A stretch of 64,000 nucleotides of DNA from Eledone cirrhosa (Eukaryota): positions 109,616,001 to 109,680,000 of the forward strand of contig OZ024741.1 in the NCBI GenBank assembly GCA_964016885.1, given 5' to 3'. The notes beneath the pieces were generated by a model that worked only from the letters and a program-made list of their open reading frames with translations, did not search any database and was not told where the DNA came from. Within the stretch, counting starts at the first letter, position 1. The number at the start of each line of letters is the position of its first letter. Below are positions 10,656-27,029 of this stretch, piece after piece. The position numbers and the translations under genes were made by a program.

Positions 10656-10783
10656 GGCGTCTAACTGTTAGACGTTCCCAGTCATTAGTGCAGTCATTCT
10701 AGACAGTCCTGTTGATGATTCCATAATAAAGAAATTCCAACAAAGATTTTTGTTCATGTCAACAAGTGGAGGAAGTAAGGTTA

Positions 10784-11740
10784 GTGGTGATGGTGGTGGT
10801 GGTGGTGGTAATGGTGGTGGTAGTGCTGGTGGTGTTGGTGGTGGTGGTGGTGGTGGTAGTGCTGTGGTGGTGGTAGTGCTGGTAGTGTTGGTGGTGGTGG
10901 TGGTAGTGCTGGTAGTGGTGGTGGTAGTGCTGGTGGTGGTGGTGGTGGTGGTGGTAGTGGTGGTAATGGTGATGGTTGTGATGGTGGTGGTGGTGATGGT
11001 AGGGCTAGTGGTGGTAGTGCTGGTGGTGTTGATGGTGGTGGTGGTGGTGGTGGTGGTAGTGCTGGTGGTGGTGGTGGTAGTGCTGGTGGTGTTGGTGGTG
11101 GTGGTAATGGTGGTGGTGGTGGTGGTGCTGGTGGTGTTGGTGGTGGTGGTAGTGGTAATGGTGATGGTGGTGGTGATGGTGGTGGTGGTGGTGGTAGTGG
11201 TAGTGCTGGTGGTGTTGATGGTGGTGGTAATGGTGATGGTTGTGATGGTGGTGGTGGTGATGGTAGGGCTAGTGGTGTTGATGGTGGTGGTGGTGGTGGT
11301 GGTGGTGTTGGTGGTGGTGGTTATGGTGCTGATGGTGTTGGTGTTGGTGGTAGTGGTAGTGGTAATGGTGATGGTGGTGGTGGTGGTAGGACTGGTGGTG
11401 TTGATTGTGGTGGTAGTGGTAATGGTGATGGTGGTGGTGGTGGTCGTGGCGGTTGTGATTGTAGTGCTGGTGGTGTTGATGGTGGTGTTGTTGTTGTTGT
11501 TTTGGGTGGTGGTGGTGGTGGTGTTTGTTTGTTTTTGGAGGGGATGATTGTGAAGGTAGTGAAGGTTTTAATGATGAGGGTGGGAGTGATGGTGGTGATG
11601 AAGGCAGTGGTGTTGCTGTTTCTGCAGCTGTTGTGCTGATAGTAGTGGTGAGGAGGTGTTGGTACTGTTGCTGGTGGTAGTTGAATGGTGGTATTTGTGG
11701 TAAAGGTGTCGGTGATGATGATGATGATGATGATGATGGT
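10784..11740. repeat. Degenerate (GGT)n trinucleotide tract
   Basis: ~950 bp of GGT/GAT/AGT repeats. Confidence 0.95.
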
Positions 11741-11865
11741 GCTCTGTGCAATGTACATGTCACATAATGAGAAAAAAATACAATTTTACGCTAGAATGTT
11801 TCATGCATTAAGCTAGCAAATTATAATTTCGGTTCAGATAGACATTTAAAATTGCACTGAGTCAC

Positions 11866-11930
11866 TTTGGCCTAGTGGCAAGGGTGTTGTGCTTATGATC
11901 ATAATGTCGTGGGATCAATTCCTGGACTGA
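11866..11930 (+). mobile_element. tRNA-like SINE head
   Basis: A-box-like tggcctagtgg and B-box-like gggatcaattcc about 35 nt apart. Confidence 0.5.
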
Positions 11931-12044
11931 GGTCTTAGTCGCTTGACTCCACGGAAACGGGATAAGCACCGGCCTGGTGGACTTCCGAGCGCGAGACAGA
12001 CTTTCGATTTTTTTTTAGACATGAAGATTACAAGAAATAATTCT

Positions 12045-12265
12045 TCCTAGTAATGGCACAAGATCAGCAATTTGGAGAAGAGGAAATTCGACTAAATCGA
12101 CCCTAGTACTTAACTGTACTTAACTATACTTCGTTTTATCGATCCTATAAGGAGAAAAAGCAAAGCTAACCTCGTGGGGATTTGAACTCAGAATGTAGAT
12201 TGGTGTAGCTCTATGCTGCAAGACATATAGTCCGACTCTCTACAGATACTGCCAATACAACGCCC
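12045..12265 (-). mobile_element. SINE copy
   Basis: Matches the SINE consensus. Confidence 0.8.
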
Positions 12266-12739
12266 TGAACGAAGATTAAATAACATTTTTTAATGTACAT
12301 GTATGGGACTCATATGTGTGTGGATGGGAACATATATATGTCTTAAAGTGTATGTGTGCGTATGTATATGAGCATAATTAGTTTAATATGTTTGTATATG
12401 TGTATGCATTAAAGTCTGTGTACCTGTGTGTACGAGCGTGTTTCTTGTATGTCTGTAAACCTGTATATGTGTGCATGTATGTCTATGTGAATATGCTTGT
12501 GTGTTTGCATGTGTATTGTATCTGTGTGCATACCTGTATATCCATGTGAATATATAACAGATTATGTGTGTATTTCTCTGTATCTATGCATGCGTATGTA
12601 TTATGAGTATATGAGTGTATGCCTGTATATGTTGTCTGTATTTGTCAATGTTTGTGTATAAGTGTATGACTGTGTGACTACGGGTGCGTGTGACTGTGTA
12701 TGTGTTTGTCAATATCTGTGTATGACATCAAACGTCTTC

Positions 12740-13800
12740 CTCTCACTCAACCTCTTACTTGCACTCAACCTTGCACTTTTACTTCACTTCTACTTTCCAC
12801 TCAACCTCTCTTTTCCCCTTAGATTCTCCCATTTCCTCAGTTTCAGTCTCTTTGTTGCCCCTTTACTTAGCTATTTCCTCCCTCAATCTCTAAACTTCAC
12901 ATGGTACCCATCTTCACTCACTCAGTTTCTCTCACTTCACTCACTCAAATTGTCTCTCATTCAGTTCTCCACCTTCCTTCATTCAACCCAGCTTTGTGCA
13001 CTCAACTTCCCTCACTCACTCGGGCCCTCATTTCATACATTCAACTCTGACCCCTACTATCGTACACTCAACCTCTCTACCTCCGTCTGGTCCCATATTC
13101 CTACACTCAACCTCGCCCACCCACTCAATCCCTCACTTCGTACATTCAATCTTGCTCTATCACTTGGGCACACCACCTTACCACAGTCAATCCTTCTCAC
13201 TCACTCAGCCGCCCACCTTTGTACATTAAATATCTCTCACACACCCAGACCCCACCTTCCTACACAACATTTCTCACTCACTCTGGTCCTCAATTCATAC
13301 ATTCAGCCTCTCTCACTCAAGCCCCTTACCGTCGAAATCTCAACATCTCATTGATTCAACAGAAGCTCTTACTTCCTACATTTACCTTCTCTCATCCACC
13401 CACCCCACGTTTGTATATGTAACTTCTCTCACTCCCTCACAACCTAACTTTGTAAACTCAATCTCTCTCTCTCACTCAAAGCCCCCACCTTTGTACTTCT
13501 TATGCTTGCATATAAGACTGTTGCCTCAGGCTGGTGCCGTCCGCCTAATCAGTTTCCTGGGCCAACCAGGAGGAGCACCAACCTCGAAATTTCTCACTCA
13601 CTCGGGCCTCTCTTTCTTGCACAACCTCTCATACACTCCGCCACTTTCATACACTCAAACTCTTTCACTGACTCAGTCACTCAACATCTACTCAGCATCT
13701 TTCACACCAATCACCCTTCAACCCCCATCTTTACTCACTGCCTCACTCCTTCACTCAGCTTCTCTTCTCCACCATCCTCTCAATCAATTACCATCTCCAC
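12740..13800. repeat. Pyrimidine-rich degenerate minisatellite (ctcactcac/actcaacctc units)
   Basis: Recurrent tctcactcactc and acactcaacct motifs. Confidence 0.65.
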
Positions 13801-14173
13801 TACCCAATTGTGTCATATTACATACAATATACGGCATCCACCCTTCATATTCAGTATGGCGTGTCGGCAGACAGAAGGGCCAGCTTCCCATGATGCCGTT
13901 CAGCCTAGCATGGCGTTTAAACACAGGCCGTAACATACGTAATATACACCACACCACTGATTTGATTAGGGGCTTGATGTGCAATAGAATAAGGGTGCTT
14001 GCCATGGTTACTGTTACCAACAGCTGACACCCTTATTGCTTTCAGATTCTAATTTCCTGGTTTACTTAGTAACTACACAGGATTTTTCTCCTTATTTTAT
14101 TTCTTATTTTTTTTTCGATTTTACTCCCTGAATATACACCCACCACCACATACAGAGAGACACATTGACACAC

Positions 14174-14275
<102 letters not shown>

Positions 14276-14313
14276 GCACGCACATACAACCTCATATATA
14301 TATATATATATAT

Positions 14314-14382
<69 letters not shown>

Positions 14383-14648
14383 GTGTGTGTATAATGTATA
14401 TATATATATATATATATTATTACACATTTACATACACATGTAACCACAAAAGCAACACAGACACATACATACACACATTTGTGTGTGTATGAAAGTTTGT
14501 ATAATTTTTCATAATTTTTACTTTAATTTTACTCTAGATTTACGCATATAAATCATTATACATAATTACAATTAATCCCTTATATTTACAAACACACAGG
14601 TCTATAAATAAGGGTACATACGCACACCCAAACGCACACATACAGAGG

Positions 14649-14709
<61 letters not shown>

Positions 14710-14825
14710 TATATATAATTTTAACTGCTTCATTCTAGACATTGTCTCTTGTTCTGATATTCATGCCTGAACATTGAGAAATTACGACAAAAACGAGGGT
14801 GCAAGTGTGTATATGTGTATGATAT

Positions 14826-14934
<109 letters not shown>

Positions 14935-15754
14935 TATGTTTGTATGTATGTATGATGTATGTATATATACTTGTGTCTGTATGAGCGTGCGTGTTTATGT
15001 ATATGTACGTGTATATAGTAGCATAAACACACCGAAAAGTCTGTGATATAGAATCTGCCCTTGGCGTGCTTTATTCAACGGTCACAGTTTCCGATAGAAA
15101 TTGTTTATTCAGAAGAGAGGCACCGAAAACGGAAGTTAAGATAAAGCGCAGTGAAATGGCGGTCATTGGAGAAGCCTTTGGCTCGGCAAACGCCACTGGA
15201 AGCTAATGGAGTCACAATATCACAGTGCTGCCCCCTGGCGCCAATGAAACATGCTTTGACATAGAGATAGTTGTTGTTGCTCGGTTAGGTTTCATTTTTT
15301 CACTATACATTTTTCGTTTCTTTCTTTTTGTTGTTATGTGTGTGTTTTTTTCTGTGTTTTTTTGATACCAGTATAAACTGAGTCAACGTTTTGCTGGATG
15401 GATTGAAATAGAATGAAATATGGAGATCAAGATTGATTTTATCATCACTGATTCTCTAATTCTCAATCTCTCTGTATATATGGTTATACGAGTGTGAATG
15501 TATGTGTATATGTGAGTATGCATATATGTATGTATATGTGTATATATGTACGTATGCATGAATGTGTGTGTATGTGTATGTATGTATGTGTGCATGTATG
15601 TATATGAGTTTATGTACATATACATGATTATGTACATGCCTGTGTGTGTATACATTTACGTATTTGTATATTTACATTTAGGCTGTATATACATATGCGC
15701 GTTGGTGTGTGTTTTAGGTGTATGTTTAGACCTTGTAAAAGAGTAGGCTTTGCA

Positions 15755-15815
<61 letters not shown>

Positions 15816-15986
15816 CCATTATGTATACTTCATTATACCCTGTCTGCATGTCAGTCTAAGAGTGTTGCCCATACATATTTTATAACCCATGTGGATCCTG
15901 GATTTTTCCTGTTTCTGAATTGTAAATTTCGTGACTGTGTGCATATATATATATGTATGTGTGTGTGAGTGTGCATATGGTTGTGC

Positions 15987-16071
<85 letters not shown>

Positions 16072-16682
16072 CGCACAAGCATATGCACACTCACACACAC
16101 ACATATATATATGCACACATATATATATGTATATATATATATATAATTTATATAATATTTATATGTAATTTATATATACATACATGTGTATTTGCCTATC
16201 TGTGTGTATGTGCGTTTGTGTTGTTGATATATATTTTTTTCAATTTTATCCAAGTGCATGTCTGCATTTGCATTAAACATGTGCATGTCTATATGAAATA
16301 TGTGTGGTATGATTTGTTTGTGTCAGTATACGCCCTTTATACACATACATGCATGCAAAGTAGAGTATTTATATGTATGGATCTATGTATATACGTTTGT
16401 ATGCATGTATGTTTGTATGTATGTATGAATATATGTACGGACATATCTATGTTTGTTTGCATCTCTCGTTCTATTGCATCGCTGTAGAAATGTGTTTTAT
16501 CAAAGTGTGTTTATGTTGAGATTTGTCGTATGTACGTGTGTACATGTAAATATGAGCTGTATATGTGTGTGTATATTGTATAATATATATACGTGAGCTT
16601 CTCTGTCTTGGCTGAATCGATTATGGCTTCGTTTTATGTGGGTATTTCTCTGGAAACAATGTTGTATTCATCATTATTGAAT

Positions 16683-16738
<56 letters not shown>

Positions 16739-16747
16739 ATAATAATA

Positions 16748-18066
<1,319 letters not shown>

Positions 18067-18070
18067 ACTG

Positions 18071-18130
<60 letters not shown>

Positions 18131-18164
18131 TGAGGGAAGAGCAATGTTATTTATTTTAACCAAC

Positions 18165-18290
18165 TCAAATTATATTTTATTTTATCGACCGCAGAAAGAT
18201 GAAACACAAAGTTAACCTCGGCGGGATTTGAACTTAGAAATTAAAGAACCAGAACAAATACCGCAGTAGTATTCTATGCGACGTTCTTCC
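18165..18290 (-). mobile_element. Partial SINE
   Basis: ttttatcgacc...aagttaacctcggcgggatttgaact core. Confidence 0.75.
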
Positions 18291-18361
18291 AATTCTCGCA
18301 ATCCACATACACACTTACACACACACATATATATATCTGTGTGAGTGTGTGTGCGTGCATG

Positions 18362-18416
<55 letters not shown>

Positions 18417-18869
18417 GGGGGTGGGGTTTCTGTGTGTGTGTGTGTGTCGTCTGTGTATGTGTTATGAGTGCGTATGTGAGTTTACTTTTTTTTTTCAGTT
18501 CTTGTGTATGCGTTTCTTTGTTTGCTGATGCCATTACCAGACAGTGACTGCAGAAGCTGATTATACAGACGTAATATCCTTCATAGTCAAACATATATGT
18601 TTTTTACATTATTATAATAGGTAAAGGCGGGGCAATGCTCATGAACATTATAAATGCTAATCTGGAGACGAAAATATTTCAATGAGCTTGAATTTTTACA
18701 GATTTAACAATAACTTAAGCAGGGATTCGTGCAGGAAGGAAAGATTTAGAGATTTGCAATTCTGATTAGAAAGATCTGGTTAAAATACCCACTGCGGAAT
18801 ATCAGTGTGGTATTGATTGGGAGGGGCAGGTGAGGGTGAGAATCAGATGCATTGTGTCTGTATTTGTAA

Positions 18870-18945
<76 letters not shown>

Positions 18946-19034
18946 CATGGATGCATTTGTGTATACTGGCACTGTTTGTACGTGTGTATATTTATATAAA
19001 TGCACTTATGTGTGTATATATTCCCTGCATTCAG

Positions 19035-19365
19035 TGTCGTATAGTGGTTGTTGTTTTTACAGAGTGTGCTATCGTGCTGACATTGCTACTCTGCTAAAAT
19101 TGTATAGATGGACCCGTAACTCCACATTGAGCCATATGGTCGCCATACGGACTTTCTTGGATAATTTTAAAACCTGGCAGAGCCCATATCTTCTCCAGAT
19201 CGGAACACAGTAGATTTCTTCCAGAGAATGATAAAGACAGGGAGAAAGGAAGTGAGAAAGTGGTATAGATAAAGAATCGACCCACGTACTACACAGGTAC
19301 TGTTTTTATCGATCTCGAAATGATGAAAGGCAAAGTTGATCTCAGTGGGATTTGAACTCAGAGAA
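19035..19365 (-). mobile_element. SINE core with alternative tail (second copy)
   Basis: Similar to 10285-10655. Confidence 0.6.
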
Positions 19366-19849
19366 CCTCTATCAGAGGTTTTAATGACTCTGATAATTTG
19401 GGTCCTATAATCTGCCATAATTACAAACATAATCACGTCAGTGTAATAGAATAGACATTCACACATACGATACAGCAGAGCGAAAGGGAGAGCGAGAGAC
19501 AGAGATAGAAAGTGGTCCACAAAACTTGTTGTGAGAGACCGGTCTGATTGGAAGTTTCTAATCATTACGAGATAATGATGTAGAGATTTTTATCGCCTAG
19601 GACCGGGCAAAATATTTTATTTCACAGTGCTCATTTTCCTGGGATTTGCAAACACAGGACAGCATTAGTAATGTAAATATTAATGGAAACATTATTTTTC
19701 TGGTTTGTTGTAACAATCTGCTTCCATCTTTTTTATGACAGATGCTGTGAAAAACTCTCATGTAGTCAACATTAACAGTGTTCATTTCTTAAACCCGGTT
19801 TTAGCATCATCTTCTGAAGTAAATGAGGTGCATCTACGAGCGTTGATTA

Positions 19850-20415
19850 ACCTCTAAGAGGCTGAGGTCACAAGAGAAATTAAAGAGCTCAAATGCGGTA
19901 AGGCCCCTTAGGAGGATGAAATACTGCCCAAGATGTTAAAAGCCTTAAAAAGTAATCTCTGGCTTTTTCCTGTGTGCCTGGTTACGTGGATCACTGGAAA
20001 AACACCTAAACAAATAACGACAATAGCGATAATCCCAGGTTTCAAAATGGGAGACAAATTCTCCAAATGTAGATGGTTCTCTTTGTTAAGCCCCCCACCA
20101 TCTGGTAAAGTCTGTGGTAAGTATCTGGCAATGAGATGTAGAGATATTGTCGAGTCCAAGCTAGCTGATGAGCGGTGTGGTTTTCGCCCCGGAAGCAGCA
20201 CAACCGATTAATATTCACAATTGAGGAGAAGAATTGCAGGAGTTCCTGCAGTAATGTGCCTGCTCCTGCATTAGAAGAAGGGTAGGTGAAAAAGCCAAAC
20301 TCGCTATCTTCAATTCGGTATTCGTGTCACCCCTTACCTGGTCATGAATCTTCGGTAATGACCGAAAGAATACGTACGTGAATACAAGTGGCCGCAATGG
20401 GGTTCCGATTCGCTG
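19850..20415 (+). pseudogene. RTE-clade RT fragment, internally deleted
   Basis: EVTREIKELKCGKAP*EDEILPKMLKAL and ERCGFRPGSSTTD, then a jump to KLAIFNSVF...HES...VMTER. Confidence 0.8.
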
Positions 20416-21850
20416 CACACAATAATTAAAACATGCTCAATAATCACTATCACTACGGTGCCCCTACCACTCTATCAGGAGTTACGGGTTAAAAGAAGGA
20501 AAGCACCTGTAATTTCACTATCTTTTTTATTTTTTTCTCAGATAAGTTTTCTGCGATTAAACCTATTTGTGTAGTAGTCTTTTCTTGACTATGTGTAGAA
20601 GACATTTATGTGAAATCCCTAATATCTTCATATGTAACGGTCTCGTTATCAACATACCATACGTCCGGAATATCACCTACATTAGTTTCTTCAAAGCCCA
20701 CATCCTACACCATTTCTACATGGCTATTGCTTATTTATGCCAACCCCAATAAGACATATATGTGTAACTTCTTCACAGACATATTTAGTATATTTTGTAG
20801 CATGCTTAATATTATTTTTTCAGATTTATTTATTTGGTGTTTATTATCATTGGCTATCATCAATTAACTTGCATGGTTTCGGAAGCGGAAATAGCGTCCT
20901 GATCTATTTGTTGCCTGCAGTGGTAAGAACGTACTTTATGTTTGTAGTGAATTGAAATTTGACGGATGTTCAAAAGCATTGTCAAAAAGCATTTCAAAGC
21001 ATTGTTCCTTTAGCTCGAAATTATTCTTCGCACAACAACGTTTCCATTTACTGTTTAACCTGGGAGAAATGGATAGTTGCTATGTTCCTTAGAGAATGTC
21101 GAGAAGGAAAAAGAAGGTACCCTGAAACTTTATTCCTAATCTGAATGCTTGCATCAGAATGGACTCCATTAAAGAAATCCAAGGACTATGTGGTTGTGTT
21201 AAACTGGACAATGAATTAAGTCAACTCGGTAAAACGATCAACAAGCCCTGACTCCTTTGTAATCCAAGCTTTTCTGTTAGATGTCCATTTAACAGGCAGA
21301 CTATATTAGGATACAACTTTTATTGATGTTAGAGTATACGAATAATAAACAAGCAATGGCTTCAGCTTCAAGTCTTTAGTGACATTATCCCCTAAAGAGA
21401 ACATGAGATGGTCTTTGTTGATTTATATCCAGTTGCTATTTGTCCCCCTTTCATTATATTGAGATTTAATATGTAAACGTATACAAAATTATCTGTTGTC
21501 CTATACATTAACCATTCTGGTACTGAACCGTCAGCTAGTTCTACAATGCAAACGTCGAGTTACGAATTGTTTACATTTATCTAAAACCTTTAATCATGAT
21601 TTAATGAAGAAAGATTTGTTCATGTTCCAATCAACTTAGTAATAAGAAAGCTAATTATATTACTAAATCACAACACATGCTTGATTATTTTCAAAATGAT
21701 TTGAAAATTATGTTTTTCTGTAGAAATATAATAACGAAAGGGTTAAAACTAAATTTGGTAGACATTTACCTTTTTCTATAATATCCTTTAATTGTCATGA
21801 AAATGTCGATGCCACCCAGAATCAGTATATTATAATTCCTGTTATCCAAA

Positions 21851-21972
21851 TTCTTCTTCGTATTCTTATTCTTCTCCTCCTCCTCCTCTTCATCCTCCTC
21901 CTTCTTCTTCTTCCTCTCCTCCTCCTCCTCCTTCTTCTTCTTCTTCTTCTTATTCTTCTTCTTCTTCTTCTT
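21851..21972. repeat. (CTT/CCT)n tract
   Basis: Direct reading. Confidence 0.95.
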
Positions 21973-21979
21973 TGCTTAC

Positions 21980-22212
21980 TTATTCCGGATAGTTTTTTTC
22001 GGTCATTACCCAAGATTCATGACCATAAGTAAGAGTTGGCAGGAATACCGAATTGAAGATAGCGAGTTTGACTTTTATGCCTACCACCCTCCTGATTACT
22101 GAATGTTGAAGCTGGTTCATTACTGCACCCGCTCCTGCAATTCTTGCACTTAAAGCAGTCTCCTGCTTTCCATCACTCGTGAACACGGCCCTAAGATACT
22201 TGAACTTCTCTA
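21980..22212 (-). pseudogene. RTE-clade RT C-terminal fragment
   Basis: KFKYLRAVFTSDG...RIAGAGAVM...KLAIFNSVFLPTLTYGHESWVMT. Confidence 0.85.
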
Positions 22213-22697
22213 CTAATAAAGCAAAGAAAGTGTTCGTTATAAAGCCTTTTGAATTGAAGATCGGATATTGTAACTATCTTTTGGTATTTTTTTTCCTATT
22301 CTTTATATTTTTTTCCGTGTTATTCACTTTGAAAATACTGCATTATAAAGCTTCAGCATAACAAATTTCGTCTCTAAGTTTAGGATGAAACAAGATCTCA
22401 GTTTGGGAAATTATGTGTGTGTGTTTGTGTGTTTTGTTAGTGTGTCTGCCTATGTGCGTATGCGTGTGTTTGTGTATGAATATAAGTTCAGTCGGCTGTG
22501 GGTTGTGTATGTATATTTGAAAAAAAGACGAACGACTTCACTAGGGGATTGTATTAATAATCTGTTTTATAAAGATACATTTTTTGTTATTATTAACAAA
22601 ACGTTTATAAAATATTGTATTATTAAAACATACCAACCACCAGTGGAGTCCTTCTTCTCATTTTTCAAATATACATTACATTGTCTTCATTTTCTTG

Positions 22698-22783
<86 letters not shown>

Positions 22784-23421
22784 CTGAACACGTGTGACAT
22801 GGACAGACTACGGAAATACACTTCCCCATCAGCTAACTACTCAAGATTGCGACGAATTCAGTTCTTTAAAGTTAGTATCATCCATTCCAACGCAAACGAA
22901 ACTAAATGACAAAGTAGGGCAGAGTGTCTTTTCGACCAAATTCACATATAAAAGTTTTTAAAAGTGTACATTCAAACCAGGGAGTTTATAACTGAAAACA
23001 AAAATAGATAAAACAATGATTAGCCAAGAAAAATTTGAGAAAGAAAAAATAAAGAAATGCGGACATTAATCCTAAGACAAAACAGCATGACGATGTTTAC
23101 GGTAAGGAGATATGCAGCAAACTAAGGAAGTTTAAGTTAAGTCAAGAAAGTAGAAGGGAGAGGAAATATCGACAGAGGAAGAATAAAGAGGGAGAGAAAT
23201 AGAGGAAGAAAGAGACAGGGGAAGAGAAAGAGGAAAAGAAAGAAGAGTCGTATGTAACGTATAGTCTAGGTTTAGATAGAAGCTAAACTTCGCTTTCAAT
23301 AGCTATGTATCAAAATCTGAGCAAGCAACGGAAAAACAGGAACATATCCCTTTGTCATCGGCTAACAACTGGAGATAACTGCGATTTCAATTCTTGAAAT
23401 TTAGAATTATTGGCATATATA

Positions 23422-23499
<78 letters not shown>

Positions 23500-23599
23500 C
23501 ACATGCGGGTTCCCTGGGTTGTGTCGGTGGGCAAGCACAATTAAATAAAAGGTACTCAATACGTTGGTAGAAAATAGGCATCTTTATTTTATATTGAAA

Positions 23600-24060
<461 letters not shown>

Positions 24061-24155
24061 AATTTTTCTATATTCTGTAAAATCAAAGACTGTAAAACGA
24101 CTTTATAAAAGCTAACACAATATTGTTAAACCTTCAACTGATACTTTTGTGGGAC

Positions 24156-24192
<37 letters not shown>

Positions 24193-24289
24193 ACACTTTA
24201 ATTGTATCTCTCTGTATAACGGCCTGTCTCTCTCTTTTCTGCCTCTCCCTCTGTGTCTCTCTCTTTATATGTGTATGTATGTATTTATG

Positions 24290-24324
<35 letters not shown>

Positions 24325-24407
24325 GTGGTATTTGTGTGTGTGTGTGTATGTATGTAGGTATTATGTAGTTTTCGTGAGATCCAACCAACCAATAAACATC
24401 TTTCATT

Positions 24408-24538
24408 TATATTATATATAAATGACTTCTACGGGAATAGAACTGTTTCATTCTTATGAAATCATCAGAAATGTCCTGATCATTTCATACGAATGAAACA
24501 GTTATCGACCTGTAGAAGTCATTTCTATATAGAATATA
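24408..24538. repeat. Fold-back made of two inverted decayed hammerheads
   Basis: Left arm (minus) CUGAUGA uuucauaagaau GAAAC; right arm guc CUGAUCA uuucauacgaau GAAACAGUUAUC gac. Confidence 0.8.
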
Positions 24539-24589
24539 TACATACATATATTGCTAAATAGACCCACACACACACATATATAGATACAT

Positions 24590-24763
<174 letters not shown>

Positions 24764-24805
24764 GTATATCTGTATATATATATGTATATATATGTATATA
24801 TATGT

Positions 24806-24839
<34 letters not shown>

Positions 24840-25984
24840 TAAAATAACAGATTAAAATTTAAGCAAAGAATCGCTGCTTTCACCCTTAACGGGATCTTCT
24901 GAAACTAAAAAGGTCAATTTTGTGTGGTATGTATCTGTTAGACACGAAGTGACTAACAACAGAATGTTTTAATCCCTTTAGTGTTCTAACATATATGTGT
25001 AGATCGTCAATTTTGTTTACAAGGTCTGACCGTGGCCGTGGTGATTACATGCCATTGGCTAATTTTCAACCAATCAGAGTAAGTGTTGCTCAAAAGCCAT
25101 GTTTTTTTGTTTGTTTTCCTAGTTCATTTATTTTTGTTATTTCGTCGTTATATGATTTTTTAAAATTTATATTAACTATTTTTGAAACAAATGTAATATA
25201 TTGATGTTAGGGTTAGGGTTAGGCGGTCAATAGATAAGATGAAAGTCTATCGTAAAAGTTTGTACAAATATTTTTAAATTTATCGTTTGTACAAAACGAT
25301 TCTAAATTTTTGTTTGTAAAAAAATTTTAAACACTTCAAAATAGCGTATATTCATGTTCTGTAATGTTCCATTTTTGTGCGCCCTTGTGCCAAATAAAGA
25401 AATATATCTTTGTATCTTGTTCCTCTTTATATATTGCAATCGAGTATAGGCAGAGTTCCGATTGTAATACAAACTGCACTTTGTTTGTAAATATTTGTAA
25501 AAATAATTTTTCTAAAAACATTGTAAAAATTTGTGTCACACGCGTTTAAAAATCTTTGATACGTATATATATATATATAAAACTGAGGTTGTCTGTCTGT
25601 CTGTCTCTCTACTAAAACGGTCGCCACACATCTAAACTTATAGATTAAGCTCCAGCGGAGAGATCGGTGAAAAAAAAATTTCAAATCGAATGTGTAATAT
25701 AGATGTTTCAATTAAAATGTATAAATACAGTTGAGAGACGAGTTATTTCTCTTTAATGCAACGCGAGCAGACGATAAATTATTGAAAAGGCGCAAATTTG
25801 TTCATCCTTACGGCATCGATAAAATAAAGTACCAGTAATACACTGTCACTATAAGTAGATGCCCATTCACAAACAGTATTGAAAATATGTTCTTCGACAA
25901 ATAAAAATGTTTTGTTCATACTATTTCGACTAGCGCTTGTTGTTCTACTCCACGCACGACCACCACAAATTGGTGACCAGCTCA

Positions 25985-26160
25985 ACACAAGTATTGGTAG
26001 AGCGTCAGACACCATACTTTGCAGCATTGTTATGGCCCTTTGCGTTCTAAGTTCAAATCCGGCCGAGGTTAACTTTGCCTTTCATCCTTACCAGTTCGAT
26101 AAATAAAGTACCAGTAATGGATTGCGGTAATGGCTTTGTGCCGAAAATTAGAAACACTAT
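25985..26160 (+). mobile_element. SINE copy
   Basis: gttcaaatccggccgaggttaactttgcctttcatcc core. Confidence 0.8.
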
Positions 26161-26703
26161 TAATGTGCAATAAGAGCAAAATCTCACGACATTGCTCAAT
26201 TATTTTATCTAGTGTTGCAACAATACAGGGAAATGTAGTTTGTGTATTTTTTTTAATATTTGCTCATAGGCTTTTCCAATTTCGCTCAGCCAACAACTAT
26301 TAAAAAGAGAGTAGCTTAAGATAACAATTTAATCACAAATTGTTGTTATCTTTTAATACACTCCAAAAAGTCATCAAATTATGTGCAATAAGAACAAATC
26401 TCATTAATTTGCTCAGGGAATAAAGAAAATTTATATAGACTGATAATTGCAATTGTGTCTAAATATTTTATTTTTATATTGTTTATTTATTTTATGTTTT
26501 CTATTATGTATAATATATCGATTTAATATTGATTGTTTTTTGTTGTTGTTTATATTAAAAGTATGAAAATATTTTTATACATCTTACACTAATATTTATA
26601 AGATCATTTATAATAACAATTATATAATCTAATTACGTTACAACGATAATTTATTATTAATATATATCATGTTTAACAAGCATTGCCTTAAAAAAATATT
26701 AAA

Positions 26704-27014
26704 CTAGACATGAAAAATGCGCAAGCTCAAAAGAGTCACAGAATGTTATAATAAACCTTCAAAAGTGTGGGACTCATCCTTTATAAAAATATCACAATAA
26801 ATACATCTATGTTTAATGTAATAACAGCTATAAATAATTACGTAATATTATTAAACATAGATGTATTTATTGTAATATTTTTATAAAGGATGCCACAGAA
26901 TGTACGATAGATAATGATTACAATATTTTTGAGTAACAACTCTATTCCCACACTTTTGAAGGTTTATTATAGCATTCTGTGGCTCTTTTGAGCTTGCGCA
27001 TTTTTCATGACTAG
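26704..27014. repeat. Fold-back element with insertion in right arm
   Basis: ctagacatgaaaaatgcgcaagctc... pairs with ...gagcttgcgcatttttcatgactag. Confidence 0.9.
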
Positions 27015-27029
27015 TATATTTAATTTCAA

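Noticed and set aside
10750-11763. Poly-Val / poly-His / poly-Pro ORFs
   Set aside because: Products of the (GGT)n tract with no coding signal.
15070-15120. Hammerhead-like CUGAAUA...GAAAC on minus (also 32465-32512 and 45845-45905)
   Set aside because: Core mismatches and no convincing stems.
20875-20930. GGAAGCGGAA motif and GTAAGA donor as a gene start
   Set aside because: Short motifs only.
25207-25223. (TTAGGG)3 as a telomere relic
   Set aside because: Only about 3 units; probably part of an unclassified repeat.
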